Of a DNA stretch of 64,000 nt, positions 13,263-25,790 are shown one piece after another. The notes under the pieces were generated by a model. It was not told where the DNA came from, did not search any database, and saw nothing but the letters and a program-made list of their open reading frames with translations. The stretch spans positions 17,484,001-17,548,000 of the forward strand of contig OY740786.1 in NCBI GenBank assembly GCA_963514005.1. Reading direction: 5' to 3'. This stretch comes from Raja brachyura (taxonomy: Eukaryota). The position numbers and the translations under genes are program-made. Each line of letters begins with the position of its first letter. The stretch's first letter is position 1.

Positions 13263-16200
13263 CTAGACCAAGTGCAGACCCGCTGGGTCTGTTCCCTCAA
13301 CGTGCGGTTGCGGGGGTGGGGGGGGGGGGGGGGTGTCTGCGGCTTCACACGCACACTAACCACCTGCCATACACACGGGGGGGAGGGGGAGCCGGGAGGG
13401 GAGAGGGGCAGAGGAGGGGGAAAGGAGAGGGGGAGAGGAGGGGGAAAGGAGAGAGAGGGGGAGAGAGAGTAGGAGAGAGAGAGAGGGAGAGAGAGGGGGG
13501 GAGAGAGAGGGGGGAGGGGAAGAGGAGGCAAGAGAGTAGAGCGGAGACAGGAGGATGAGGAGAGCGGAGGGGGAGAGATGAGGGGAGAGGGAGGAGGGGG
13601 AGTGGGGGAAAGCGAGGGGGGTAGAGGGGAGGGGAGAGGGGGTTGGTGGGGGGGAGCGGTTGGAGGGGAGAGGGGGTTGGATGAGGGTAGAGGGGGATTG
13701 GAGGGGGGTGAGGGGGATTGGTGGGAGGGTTGTAGGAGGGGAGAAGGAGGGTGGAGGGGAGATGGGTGGGGCGGATAGAGGGAGGGAGTGAGGAGGAGAG
13801 GGGGAGATGGAGAGGGGGGAGAGTGGAGAGGGGAAGGGGGAGGAGGAAGGGGGGGGAAGGGAGAGAGGGGGTGGGGAGGGGAGGGGAGGGGAGGAGAGCG
13901 GGGAGGGGGAGGGGCGGAGAAAGGGGGGAGGGAGGAGGAGGGGGGGAGATAGGAAGGAGGGAGGAGATAGGAAGGGGGGGAGTGAGGAAGGAGGAGGAGA
14001 TTGGGGAGAGGGGTGAGGAGAGGGGGAGATGGAGGGGTGGAGAGAGGGGTGAGGAGAAGGGTGTGAGGATGAGGGGGAGGAGAGACGGGGAAGAGAGGGG
14101 GAGGAGGAAGGGTGGAGATGGGGGAGAGATTGGGGAGGGGAGGAGAGGGGGGAAGGGGAGAGAGGGGTAGGGGGTGGGAGGTGGGGGAGGGGATGTGAGA
14201 GTGGTAGGGGAGGGGTGGAGAGAGGAGATGAGGAAGGGGGGAGAGTGTGATAGGGGAAGGGGAGGGGAGGAGAGATGGGTGGGGGGGTGGAAGGGGAGAG
14301 AGGGATGTGGGAAAGAGGGGGGTGGGAGGAGGAGTGGGAGGTGGAGGAGGGGAGAGGAGTGAGGAGAATAGGGAATGGGGAGAGAGGGGGGAGAGAGGAG
14401 AGGGGTGAGATGGGTGAGGAGATGGGTGAGGAGGGAGGGGGAGGGGGAGGAGAGAGGGGGGAGGAGAGAGGGGGGAGGAGAGAGGGGGGAGGAGAGGGGG
14501 TAGAGGGGTGAGGAGAGAGGGGTGAGGAAGGGGGAGAGGGGAGGGGGAGGGGGAGGGAGGGGGGAGAAGGGTTGGAGGAGGAGAGAGGGGGTTGGCGGAG
14601 GGGAGAGGGGGGTTGGTGGGGGTAGAGGGGTAGACGGGGGTTGGAGGGGGGGAGAAGGATGGTGGAGGAGGGGAGATGGGTGGGGCGGAGAGAGGGGAGG
14701 GAGGGAGGGAGGAGGAGAGGGGGAGTTGGAGGGGAAGGGGAGAGGGAAGGGGAGGGGGGAGAGAGGGGGATGAGGATGGGGGAGGGGAGGAGAGCGGGAG
14801 GGTGATGGGGGAGACAGGGTTAGGGGGAAGTGGTGTGGTAGAGGGGGGAGGGTGAGAGAAGAGCGGGAGTTGGAGGGGAAGAGAAGAGGGGAGAGGTGGA
14901 GGGGGAGAGAAGAGGAGGGGCAGAGAGATGAGGAGGGGGAGAGGTGGAGGGGGGGAGAACAGGAGGGGATGGAGGAGAGAGGGGGGGAGGATGGGAGGAG
15001 GAGAGGAGAGGGGGGGAGGATGGGAGGGAGGTGGAGGGGGAGTGGAGGGCGGCAGAGAGGGAGGGGATAGATAGGGAGGGGGTAGATAGGGAGGGGGGTA
15101 TGACAACTTGCTCCTTTTGATTGTGCACGCCAGGCTGATTGGGTTTGTGGGATCACGTGAAGGTTCCAATCACCCGCACCTGTCCCAATGAGATCCATTG
15201 TGAGATGGCTCTGTGACTCATGCAGCTGGGGGGGGGGGGGAGAGAGGAGGGGGGAGAGATGATGGGAAAGAGAGGAAGGGGAGTGGGGGGAAAGAGAAGG
15301 GGGGGAGGGGGTAGAGGGGAGGGGAGAGGGGGTTGGAGGGGGGAGAAGGGTTGGAGGAGGAGAGAGGGGGTTGGAGGTGGGGAGAGGGGGGTAGGGGGGT
15401 TGGTGGGGGTAGAGGGGTAGACGAGGGTTGGAGGAGGGGAGAAGGATGGTGGAGGAGGGGAGATGGGTGGGGCGGAGAGAGGGGAGGGAGGGAGGGAGGA
15501 GGAGAGGGGGAGGGAGAGTGGGAAGCGGAAAGGGAGGGGGAGAGGGGGAAAGGGAGAGAGGGGGTGAGGAGGGGGAGGAGAGCGGGGAGGGGCAGAGAGA
15601 GGGGGGAGGGATGAGGAGGGGGCAGGGAGGAAGGAGCAAGGGGAGAGAGGGGGAGGGGAGAGAGGAGGAGGAGGAGATGGGGAGAGAGGTGAGGAGAGGG
15701 GGGGAGAGAGGGGTGAGCAGAGAGGGGTGAGGAGAGAGGTGTGAGGAGAGAGGGGAGGAGAGGGGCAGGAGGAAGGGTGGAGATGGGGGAGAGATTGGGG
15801 AGGGGGGAGAGGGGGGAAGGGAGAGAGCGGGGGATGGGGAGGGGGTAGAGAGCGGGGAGGGGGAAGAGGAGAGAGAGGGGGAGGGGAGGAGGGGGCAAGA
15901 GAGTAGAGGGAGAGGAGGGGGGAGAGATGGGGAGTGGGGGGAAAGGGAGTGGGGGAAAGGGAGGGGGGGAAGGGAGGGGGGGAAAGGGAGGGGGGGAAAG
16001 GGAGGGGGGTAAAGGGAGGGGGGTAAAGGGAGGGGGGAAAGGGAGGGGGGGAAAGGGAGGGGGGGAAAGGGAGGGGGGAAAGGGAGGGGGGGAAAGGGAG
16101 GGGGGGAAAGGGAGGGGGGAAAGGGAGGGGGGGAAAGGGAGGGGGGGAAAGGGAGGGGGGGAAAGGGAGGGGGGGAAAGGGAGGGGGGGAAAGGGAGGGG

Positions 16201-18053
16201 GGGAAAGGGAGGGGGGAAAGGGAGGGGGGGGAAGGGAGGGGGGGGAAGGGAGGGGGGGAAAGGGAGGGGGGGAAAGGGAGGGGGGGAAAGGGAGGGGGGG
16301 AAAGGGAGGGGGGAAAGGGAGGGGGGAAAGGGAGGGGGGGAAAGGGAGGGGGGGAAAGGGAGGGGGGGAAAGGGAGGGGGGGGAAAGGGAGGGGGGGAAA
16401 GGGAGGGGGGGAAAGGGAGGGGGGGAAAGGGAGGGGGGGAAGGGAGGGGGGGAAAGGGAGGGGGAGGAAAGGGAGGGGGGGGAAGGAGGGGGGGAAGGAG
16501 GGGGGCAAGGAGGGGGGGAAAGGGAGGGGGGGAAAGGGAGGGGGGGAAAGGGAGGGGGGGAAAGGGAGGGGGGGAAAGGGAGGGGGGGAAAGGGAGGGGG
16601 GGAAAGGGAGGGGGGGAAAGGGAGGGGGGGAAAGGGAGGGGGGAAAGGGAGGGGGGGAAAGGGAGGGGGGAAAGGGAGGGGGAAGAGGGAGGGGGGAGAG
16701 GGATTGGAGGAGGAGGGAGGGGGTTGGAGGACTGGAGAGGAGGTGAGGGTGGGAGGGGGGTTGGAGGGATGGGAGGGGGGTTGGTGGGGGTAGAGGGGTA
16801 GTCGGCGGTTGGAGGAGGGGAGAAGGATGGTGGAGGAGGGGAGATAGGTGGGGCATAGAGACGGGAGAGGGAGGGAGGGAGGAGCAGAGGGGGAGATGGA
16901 GAGGGGGGAGTGGGGAGGGGAAGGGGAGGGAGAGAGGGGGTTGGGAGGGGGAGGAGAGTGGGGGGGGGAAGGGGAGAAGGGGGGCTGGGGAGAGGGGGTG
17001 GGGAGGGGGAGGGGGAGGAGAGTGGGGAGGGGAAGGGGAGAGGGGGGAGGGGAGAGGGGGTGGGGAGGGGGAGGGGGAGTAGAGTGGGGAGGGGCAGAGA
17101 GAAGGGGAGGGAGGAGGAAGGGGCAGGGAGGAAGGAGGGGGAGAGGGGGGGAGGGGAGGGAGGAGGGGGAGGGAGGAGGGGGAGAGGGGTGAGGAGAGGG
17201 GGAGATGGAGAGGGGGAGAAGGGTAAGGAGAGGGGGGAGACAGGGGTGAGGAGAGAGGGGGAGGAGAGGGGGAAGGAGGAAGGAGGAGATGGGGGAGAGA
17301 GGGGCAGGAGGAAGGGTGGAGATGGGGGAGAGATTGGGGAGGGGAGGGGGAAGGAAGAGAGTGGGGGATGGGAGGGGGTAGAGAGCGGGGAGGGGGAAGG
17401 GGAGACTGGGGTAGGGGGTGGGAGAGGTGGGGGAGGGGCTGTGAGAGTGGTGGGGAAGGGGTGGAGAGAGGGGATGGGGAAGGGGGAGAGAGGGATAGGG
17501 GGAATGGAGGGGGAGGGAGGAGGAGGGGGAGGGAGTGGAGGAGGGAGAGATGGGGAGATGGTTGAGGAGAGAGGGGTGAGGAGAGAGGGGTGAGGAGAAT
17601 AGGGAATGGGGTGAGAGGGGGGAGAGGGGAGAGAGGGGTGAGGAGAGATGGGTGAGGAGAGATGGGTGAGGAGAGATGGGTGAGGTGAGATGGGGGAGGG
17701 GGAGGAGAGAGGGGGAGGGGAGGAGGGGGAGAGGGAGGGGAGAGGGAGGGGAGAGGGAGGGGAGAGGGAGGGGAGAGAGAGGGGAGAGAGAGGGGAGAGG
17801 GGGGGAGGTGGGAGAGAGTGAGGACGGGAGGGAAGGGGAGGGGGAGAGAGGGGGATGAGGATGGGGGGACATTTAAAAATGTCCAAATGTAATGAGGAGT
17901 GGATCCGTGAATGTAAGTGTAATGTCTAGCAAAATGGAAAATTTCTCAGAGTTTGAGCGTGTGGTATTGGTGAACCATGAAATCAAAGGCCAAAACTGAC
18001 ATGCACCAACAAACACACACACACACACACACACACAGTTTTAAAAGTATATA
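13263..18053 (-). mobile_element. Non-autonomous Helitron containing a ~4.5 kb G/A-rich low-complexity tract
   Basis: The minus strand ends in hairpin CAGACCC-AGC-GGGTCTG, then CACTTGGT, then CTAG followed by T (canonical Helitron 3' end). The 5' end reads TATATACTTTTAAAACTG followed by (TG)n. Confidence 0.75.
13375..17870. repeat. Polypurine/polypyrimidine G-rich tract, including a GGGA(G)nAAA ~14-15 bp minisatellite at ~15935-16685
   Basis: The + strand is almost exclusively G and A. The block GATGGGTGGGGCGGA recurs at ~13761, ~14675 and ~15462, with a variant at ~16842. Confidence 0.95.
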
Positions 18054-18829
18054 CTAAACCAAGTGCAGACCCATTGGGTCTGTTCCCCCAACGTGCGTTT
18101 GCGGGGGGGGCATGCGGCATCACACACACTAACCACCCCCACACTAAGTACCCGCTTGATATTATATTAATATTATTAATTAGATTATTTTACCCTAGCC
18201 ACTGACGCATAGCCCCCAACTCGCAGGCATGTCTAGAGGGAGGGAGGGTGGGGAGGGGATGGGTAGGGGATAGAGGGGGAAGAGTGGGGAGGAGGAGATG
18301 GGGTAGGGGAGAGAGGGTGAGAGGGGTAGGGGGAGAGAGGGGGAAGAGTGGGGAGGGAGGAGGAGATGGGGTAGGGGAGAGAGGGGAAAGAGTGGGGAGG
18401 GAAGGGGAGAGGGGTGGCGGCAGTCCATCTATTCCCCACTCCCTATCACCCCCGCTCCTCTCCCTCTAGTCCCACACTCTCCCTCCTCACCTCCCCCATT
18501 CCCCCCTCTCCCTCCCTACTCCCTCCTCTCCCTCAATCGGGCTGCCAAATGAAGAGAGAGAAGCGGCTTGGGATTGGTTGGCATGTGGGATTGTGACGTA
18601 AGCAGCTCGTGAGGTCCCGTTTCGATTTTAAAATGAGTGAGTGTGGGGGGGGGGGGAGGATTTTATTTTAAAATGTGTACATAAAAATGTCTAAATGTAA
18701 TGAGCAGTAAATCCGTGAATGTAAAAGCGAAATTGCTAGCGAAATGGAAAAAATCATGGAGTTTGAGCGTCTGGTTTTGGTGGTCCATGGAATCAAGGGC
18801 CAAAAATGTTATCTGAAAAAAAATGGAAT
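18054..18829 (-). mobile_element. Non-autonomous Helitron, head-to-tail with the previous one; 5' end runs into the gap
   Basis: Hairpin CAGACCC-AAT-GGGTCTG followed by CACTTGGTTTAG. Shares the subterminal TAATAATATTAATATAATATC motif with copies at ~37310 and ~38485. Confidence 0.7.
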
Positions 18830-18973
18830 NNNNNNNNNNNNNNNNNNNNNNNNNNNNNNNNNNNNNNNNNNNNNNNNNNNNNNNNNNNNNNNNNNNNNNN
18901 NNNNNNNNNNNNNNNNNNNNNNNNNNNNNNNNNNNNNNNNNNNNNNNNNNNNNNNNNNNNNNNNNNNNNNNNN
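18830..18973. other. Assembly gap (N run)
   Basis: Run of n. Confidence 1.
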
Positions 18974-19499
18974 GAGAAGAAACCCATTTATACAGTATTG
19001 ATTTGATTACATAATTGTGCAATGAAATTACACAATGGAGCTGTGATCTGGGTGTTGATAATTTCCCTATTATACATTGCATTTTGCACATGCCAAATTC
19101 ATAATACGCACACTTGTCAAACAAAGCTTTCCTCTGGTGCAGAGCATGATGACCTCAACCCACAGCTCCCAGCTCTACTCTCTCTGCCTAGGCACAACCA
19201 GATAAGTAGAAACAAGAAACTGCAGATGCTGGTTTACCAACGAAATATACAAAAAAGCTGGAGTACCTTAGCGGGTATGTGGAGAAAATGGATAGCTGAC
19301 GTTTCGGGTTGGGACTCTTCAATTTGAATTGAATATGATTGAAGAGGAATCCCGACCCAAAAATATCACCTACATATCTTCTCAAGAAATGCTACCTCAC
19401 CTGCTGATACTTATAACCAGATAAGTGCTCAGGAACTTTGCAGAAATTGCACTAAATGAAGTACTTTTACAATGTCTAAAACATGTCTCCTTTTCTTAC

Positions 19500-19668
19500 C
19501 TGATTGTCATATTTTAGTTTTGACAGCTGTTCATGCAGGTGGTTATTTTCACGAACAGCATTTTCTCTTAACTGGCCTAATTCTGATAGTTCAGCGTTGA
19601 TGGATTCGTATTGCCGCTGAAGATTGGAAATGTCAGTTTCTTTATTGTTGATGGACTCATTCAACTGG
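19500..19668 (-). CDS. TSGA10: TSGA10 exon (QLNESINNKETDISNLQRQYESINAELSELGQLRENAVRENNHLHEQLSKLKYDNQ)
   Basis: tag/ acceptor and /gtaaga donor, 169 nt, phase 2-0. Coiled-coil sequence aligns with the TSGA10/CEP135 segment ending ENQ. Confidence 0.88.
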
Positions 19669-20773
19669 CTATGGAGTCAGAACATTTGCAAATTAATTCA
19701 GAGCTAAATTCGCTAAAACTATGGTTCATACCATCATGACACGTGACATTAATATCGTGAAGCAGAGACAACAACCTGGCTGCTCAACACCCGACTTGAG
19801 ATCTAACTATTCCTTTGGTTTATGGTTTATTCGCAAGAAGAAGAAGATCGTGACACTATTCTGCTCAGTGTATGGCACTAGTTGTGTGGTTAGTGTACTT
19901 GAAATATTTTGATTCCTGGCATCATTTAGAAGCAGGATCCTCTCAATATGCAAGACTAAAATAGCGTGATTACCTGGACAAAGTATCAGTGATTCTGAAA
20001 TTATATTCATACCCACCACAACTTCAGTACGAGACTGATAGAACTTCTGAAATACCTTATCCCCCAGTTCTTGATTAGAGAAGTTGTACTTCTATTGTAA
20101 TTATGTCCTTTTCAAATGAGGAAACCAAACTGAATACAATACACCAGGTCACACGAGTTTCCAATACAATTGCAGTAAGGCATCTTTTGTTCTGCTCCCA
20201 AACCCTCACATAATAAATCACAACAAACCTTTTACCTTCCGAATTGCTGAGTTTTCAGTGGCATTTGCAAGAACACCATTGAACATTAACATTTCACAAT
20301 CTGGCACTATTTAAATCATATACTGCTCTTATGTTTCTGAACTGAAGTGGATCACATTTTTTCTCATTGTATTCCCTCTGCCATGTTCTCAGCCATTCAT
20401 TAAGCTTGCCTTTGACTCTCAAAGCCTCTAGACCATAAAACCATGACGTTGGAACAGAATTAGACCACCCGGCTCATCGCATCTGCTCCACCATTCAATC
20501 ACGATTGATCTATTTTCCCTCTCAACCCCATTCTCTCTTCTCCACTTAACCTTTGATGCCACTAATAAATCCACTATACAATCCCAACTAATCTTGTATT
20601 AGAAGCAATCTTGGAAATATACAATTGGTCCTTTTACCTATGAATACCTGGTTATGAAAAAAGGAAGATAGCAATTAAAATTTGCAGATGCAAAACGACA
20701 TCCTGAAATAGAAACACGCACCATATGTACTTTCAAATTCATAATTTTACGAAAACATCTAATAAATACTTAC

Positions 20774-20829
20774 TCAACAGTTGCCTCCAGTTCACTTATG
20801 TTCAATTGGTTATCTGCAATGTTCTTTTT
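20774..20829 (-). CDS. TSGA10: TSGA10 exon (KKNIADNQLNISELEATV)
   Basis: aag/ acceptor and /gtaagt donor, 56 nt, phase 0-2. Bridges the flanking exons in frame and aligns with EKTISGMKNIIAEMEQAS. Confidence 0.8.
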
Positions 20830-21367
20830 CTTTGGAAAAAAGTAATACTCAATTAAACCTATATTTGGTTTCAGATGCGCACATTAAAAAGGCATAAGTT
20901 TTTGAAGATATTTTACTGAAATGGTAGGAAAGAGAAAATGCAGGTAAAATGGCATATACAGCAACTGTACAAACAGCTAAATTTTGAGCTTTCTAAAATT
21001 TCTTCTATCAAAGTTTCAGCTGACATTTACACAGCCCCTTGTAAGCTTAGTAATTTAAAAAAAAACTCTACTAGAAAATAAAACTTCTGCCAGAAGTTGA
21101 TTTCCCCCAACAATAAGCTCAGTAGGAAACATAATGAATGCAAATCTTGCTCGCAACTCAATGAGCAATCTATCAAAACAGAACCATCATTATGCAGCAT
21201 CAATAGGAGTTTCCTCATTTATTCTTTGAATAAGATTATCCTGTATTTGCTTTAGATTTATCTTCATTATGTTAGAATAAATTAGACAGTTACAATCATA
21301 GCAGATTCTGTATCACTTTTTTAAAAAACAATTGCCGCCTTTAGAAAATATCAAAGGTTGTAACCAA

Positions 21368-22385
21368 GGTAGACAAAAATGCTGGAGGAACTCAGTGGGT
21401 GAGGCAGCATCTATGGAGAGAAGGAATAGGCGGATGTCCTGGGGGGGGGGGGCGGGAAAAGGAAGGGAAGAGGCGGAGACAGTAGGCTTGTGGGAGAGCT
21501 GGGAAGGGGGAGGGGAAGGAGGGAGAAAGCAAGGACTATCTGAAAGTAGAGGTCAATTTTCATACCGCTGGGGTGCAAAACTACCGAAGCGAAATATGAG
21601 GTGCTGTTCCTCCAATTTGCGCTGGGCCTTACTCTGGCATTGGAGGAGGCCAAGGACAGAAAGGTCAGAAAGGTCAGATTCGAAATGGGAGGGGAAGTTG
21701 AAGTGCTCAGCCACCGGGAGATCGGGTTGGTGAGTGGGAACTGAGCGGAGATGTTGGGCGAAGCGATCGCCGAGCCTGCTTGGTCTCGCCAATGTAGAGA
21801 AGTTGATGGAGTCATTGGATGGAGTCGAGGGGGGTGGTACCTTCTACCCATCAGCAGTCGCACACAACATATAATCCTCCAACATTTTCGCAACCTCCAA
21901 CGGGATCCTGCCACTGGCCACATCTTTCCATCTCCTGCCCTTTCGGCTTTCCGCAGAGGCCATTCCCTCCGTAACTCCCTAGTCAATTCGTCCCTTCCCA
22001 CCCAAACCACCTCTCCCCGGGTACTTTCCCTTGCAACCGCAGGAAATGCTGCACTTGTCGCTTTACCTCCTCCATTACCAGAGTGAGGCCCAGCTCAAAT
22101 TAGAGGAACAGCACCTCGTATTTCGCTTAGGTAGTTTACACCCCAGTGGTTTGAACAATGACTTCTCTAATTTCAGAGAGTCCTTGCTTTCTCCCTACTT
22201 CGCATCCCCCTTGCCACCTCTCCAACAAGCCTACTGTCTCCGCCTCTTCCTTTCTTTTATTCCTTCCTTCCTTTCACGAACGTCGCCTATTCCTTCTCTC
22301 CATAGATGCTGCCTCACCCGCTGAGTTCTTGCAGCATTTTTGTCTACCTTCGATTTTTGCAGCATCTGCAGTTCTTTCTTAAACC
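21368..22385. mobile_element. Two Penelope-like element 3' fragments in inverted orientation
   Basis: Minus strand encodes RLGDRFAQHLRSV...HFN...EEQHLIFRFG (GIY-YIG region); plus strand encodes EEQHLVFRLGSLHPSGLN. The terminal pLTR-like sequences at both ends are reverse complements of each other. Confidence 0.85.
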
Positions 22386-22443
22386 AAGGCTGTAGCCAGA
22401 TTAGCATAATGGAATAGTTTTGTGCTCTTTTAAAATCACTTAC

Positions 22444-22598
22444 TTTTTGATGAAGGTTTTCTTCCAGAGAAGCAATTGCTTCAGTCTTTTCATCGACAAG
22501 TTCTTGCAAACTGTTCTTTTGTTTATCAAGTTCATAGATATTGGATCGAACTGCGCTAACTTCTTCTTGAAGCGAAGCAACCTGCCTACTCAGATCAT
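22444..22598 (-). CDS. TSGA10: TSGA10 exon (DDLSRQVASLQEEVSAVRSNIYELDKQKNSLQELVDEKTEAIASLEENLHQK)
   Basis: tag/ acceptor and /gtaagt donor, 155 nt, phase 1-0. Confidence 0.9.
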
Positions 22599-22867
22599 CT
22601 ATTGGGATGAGATTTTTAACCTTATTTCGTATGCTACAGATCTATCTATCTAAATAACTTTAAATTGTCATGACAGATAATCAAATATATCTTTAGACTC
22701 TGTGGCAATTGTTAATTAAATATATTTTATTAAGAGTACATATGAGATGTACTATAGACACAATTTTGCTGCACTTAATATTTAAGTCATTAAGACCTAG
22801 GAATGCCACCATCTATAACTGGAAAACCATTATGACTTGTCGATGAATCAATTGAAACAAAGTGCAG

Positions 22868-23260
22868 AAGAACACAAGAAATAGGAGTCAGGAGTAGACC
22901 TTTTCCAGCCCTTCAAGCTTGCTACCTTCATTCATCAAAGTCATGGTAGTTCTTATAACCATTTTCCAACATTACCCCCATAATCTGAGATTCCCCATAT
23001 GCCCAAAAATATATCAATCTGCATTTTGATGACATCCAATGACCATGGCTGCACTGGACTTCAGGTAGTGAAATTCAAAGGTTCATTATCCTCTCAGTAA
23101 AGTAATATTTCCTCATTTCTGCTGCAAATGCCTGCTCCACCCCCTTCCATTCAGAAAGTGTGTCTTCAAGGCTCCCCCCAACCAGGGAAATCAGCTTTCC
23201 TGTGAGCCTGTCTAGCCCTGGAACTAGTCTAGTGAATCTTCGTTGTTCTCCCTCTATAGC
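22868..23260 (-). mobile_element. Old CR1 3' fragment
   Basis: IAIEGEQRRFTRLVPGL and a CR1 3' UTR remnant. Confidence 0.7.
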
Positions 23261-24356
23261 AATGATTCCCAATGTCTTGATACCCGTGTACTCCTTCGTA
23301 AATTTCCCTAAGCATCTTGTACCTCTCGTTAAAAACAATCATATTTCATTGTAAAAGTCGATTTAAATAATTTGCACGGGAGTCTGCAAACTACCCAAAT
23401 GTAGCAGCTATCACAACTTGAGTAGGAGAATTCATACAAGATATATAATTTATTTGCAAATATGTATGTATAAAATAATTTGTAACCACAGTATTGTTTT
23501 CCAATAACGAATCTAGTACATAGCTGAAAATTGCCGCGTACCCCCTGAAGACCTTTCCCGTACCACTGGGGGTACTCCTACCCCTTTGGGAAACATTGCT
23601 CTATAGCAAGTACATCCATAGATGAAATTATAAAAGCTGTACACAATGTTTCAGTTTCACCAAGGCGCTGTGCAGTTACAATAAGACTTCCTTATTCCTG
23701 CATTTAAATCTCAGAATAAAGATTTACATACAGTTTGCCCTTTTACCTGCTTTGCTGTACCTGTATATTGTTGCACAGCAACGTGTATACAATAACATCT
23801 TGATACTTTGAAAGTTTGACCATTGACTATCACCGTCTTTCTTTCCATTCATACTCCGAATCAATCTCAGCCACCTCTCCTCATATACTATCATTGATTC
23901 TTGTGTACACATTTAAGTCCCTAATTTGGCATTGACTTTAGCCAAAGTTGGGTGGATTCACCGGCAACAATAAATTCCTTCCCGAAGAGAAGCACAATGG
24001 AATGACATCAGCTACCCCTACAGCCTCAAGTGCACCTGATTCCACAAACTCCATTGAGAAATAGGCTCTTCTGTTGTGCTCCCCACAGGGCCTGATGACC
24101 TTCAATGCCAAAACTCATATTAGGGATAATGATTGCTTAATCAGTGTAATGGATAGTAAACACCTCTGTACCTAAAATTCAGCAGAAGGATGCACTAACA
24201 GTTGCACCATCAGACTGGAGAGCGAAAGATGCACAATGATAAGTCAGATAGTTTTTTGTCCTACATTTTTCTATTCAAACATAAGAAAGGCTCAAAACGA
24301 TGTAATCTCAACTGTTAAATTATTTTGCTTTAACAATATCGGAATATTTGGCATAC

Positions 24357-24472
24357 CTATCTTTTCGCATTGGCGGACATTTTTATCCTGTGCAAGTTGT
24401 AAATCGGTAGTTTTTAATGAAAGGCGTCTCTGGGTTTCAGCAAGAGTGTCTTCTGACTGGTCCATTAATAAC
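24357..24472 (-). CDS. TSGA10: TSGA10 exon (LLMDQSEDTLAETQRRLSLKTTDLQLAQDKNVRQCEKI)
   Basis: cag/ acceptor and /gtatgc donor, 116 nt, phase 2-1. Matches LLYENTEKDLSDTQRHLAKKKYELQLTQEKI. Confidence 0.9.
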
Positions 24473-25509
24473 CTGCAACAATACATTGCACAATGATATA
24501 ATCGTTGTTGAAAGCATCAGGACAATGCTGATTTACTATCCTACAATATTTGAGTAATTTCAAAGCTATCTAGATTCTCCTTTTAAAAATATTGCATACA
24601 TTTAAATTAATATCTGAAGAATTATCAACCTGATGTTAATACTCAGTCAAATTGACTGTTAAATTGTCTGTATTATGTGGTAAGTTAGCAATTGAGTTAT
24701 TACATTTGAAGCAGAAAAGTATAGCAAGATTGGCATTAATACTGTCAAAATTACATTTGCAACCGGGAAGATGAAAAGAACTGAGTAGTGATATTAAAGA
24801 AATTAGTATAGAAAGGAAATACCTGAACAATTTTAAATTTAAAGGCAGGAAACAAACTCAAAATATCTCAAGACATACACAGGGCGAATATTGGACACTA
24901 CGGCAACATTAACCAAGAGTAATCACTACTTAGATGGATTTCTAGTTTGAGCAACAATGTTAAAAAATTCCTGTATTACATGAGAAGGTCGTATGCAAAG
25001 AGCAAACTTTTTTTTTCTCTCATGTTGGATGAATTTAAAATGGGTTGTATATATTTCCACAACTGAATCTTGGATGGAATTAATTACACCATAATTTTTC
25101 TAATTAATCTCAATTAATAAGAGAAATTTACTTCTCACTGCTCTCTGAAAAGCCCTACATATACAGATAGATTTGTTGGGTTATGTCTATAATGGCACCT
25201 TTTTTTCAGACTATTGGTATAATCGAAAGCCTGCTTGCCCTTCAATTCACCAATCGAGTTTTACTCTGGCCTCTAACCTCAGCCTTCCAGGCTGTTCCAT
25301 TGAAGCTCAAAGAATAGCACCTTATCTTAATTTCCAATTCCACTCTTGTGGTGTGTATGTCTACCGATCATGACTACTGCTTATACTTTCTTACACAGCA
25401 GGTAAGGGCCAAATTGTTGTTGTTATCTTTTATACCTTCTCTAGATCCATCCTGAATGTTCATTACCTCTCCCTATTGGCATGCCCTTTTCTCATATATT
25501 CTTATAACA

Positions 25510-25790
25510 TCGAAGGCAGCCAGTCAGCTCATTGAATTCCATCAGTCTTATTCTCCTATTTATTTCCCTGAGTCTATTCACTCTCACATGCCCATCAACA
25601 TCCTCTACCTGCTAACTACACGAATGGTAATTTACAGTGGCCAATTAACCAACCAATACATCTTCGGGGTGTGGGGGTTTACGGGACTGGAGTACCTGTG
25701 GAAAACATAAGCAATTATGGGGAGAATGTGCTAACTCTACACAGACTGGACAGGAGGTCAGCGTTTTGCTTGCACCATTGCAAGTATTAA
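25510..25790 (-). mobile_element. Degenerate V-SINE-like SINE
   Basis: GGCCAATTAACC...GGAGTACCTGTGGAAAAC...GGGAGAATGTGCTAACTCTACACAGAC core. Confidence 0.55.

Noticed and set aside
13253-17886. Very long Pro/Ser/Leu-rich and Gly/Arg/Glu-rich ORFs (up to 1513 aa)
   Set aside because: By-products of a purine/pyrimidine tract that lacks stop codons; open in several frames with no splice or domain support.
18663-19124. ORFs spanning the N runs (also 32914-33420)
   Set aside because: Artefacts of translating through assembly gaps.
23489-23600. Possible hAT/Charlie-like MITE end (GGGGGTAC...GGGAAACATTG)
   Set aside because: No matching TIR or 8-bp TSD could be confirmed.
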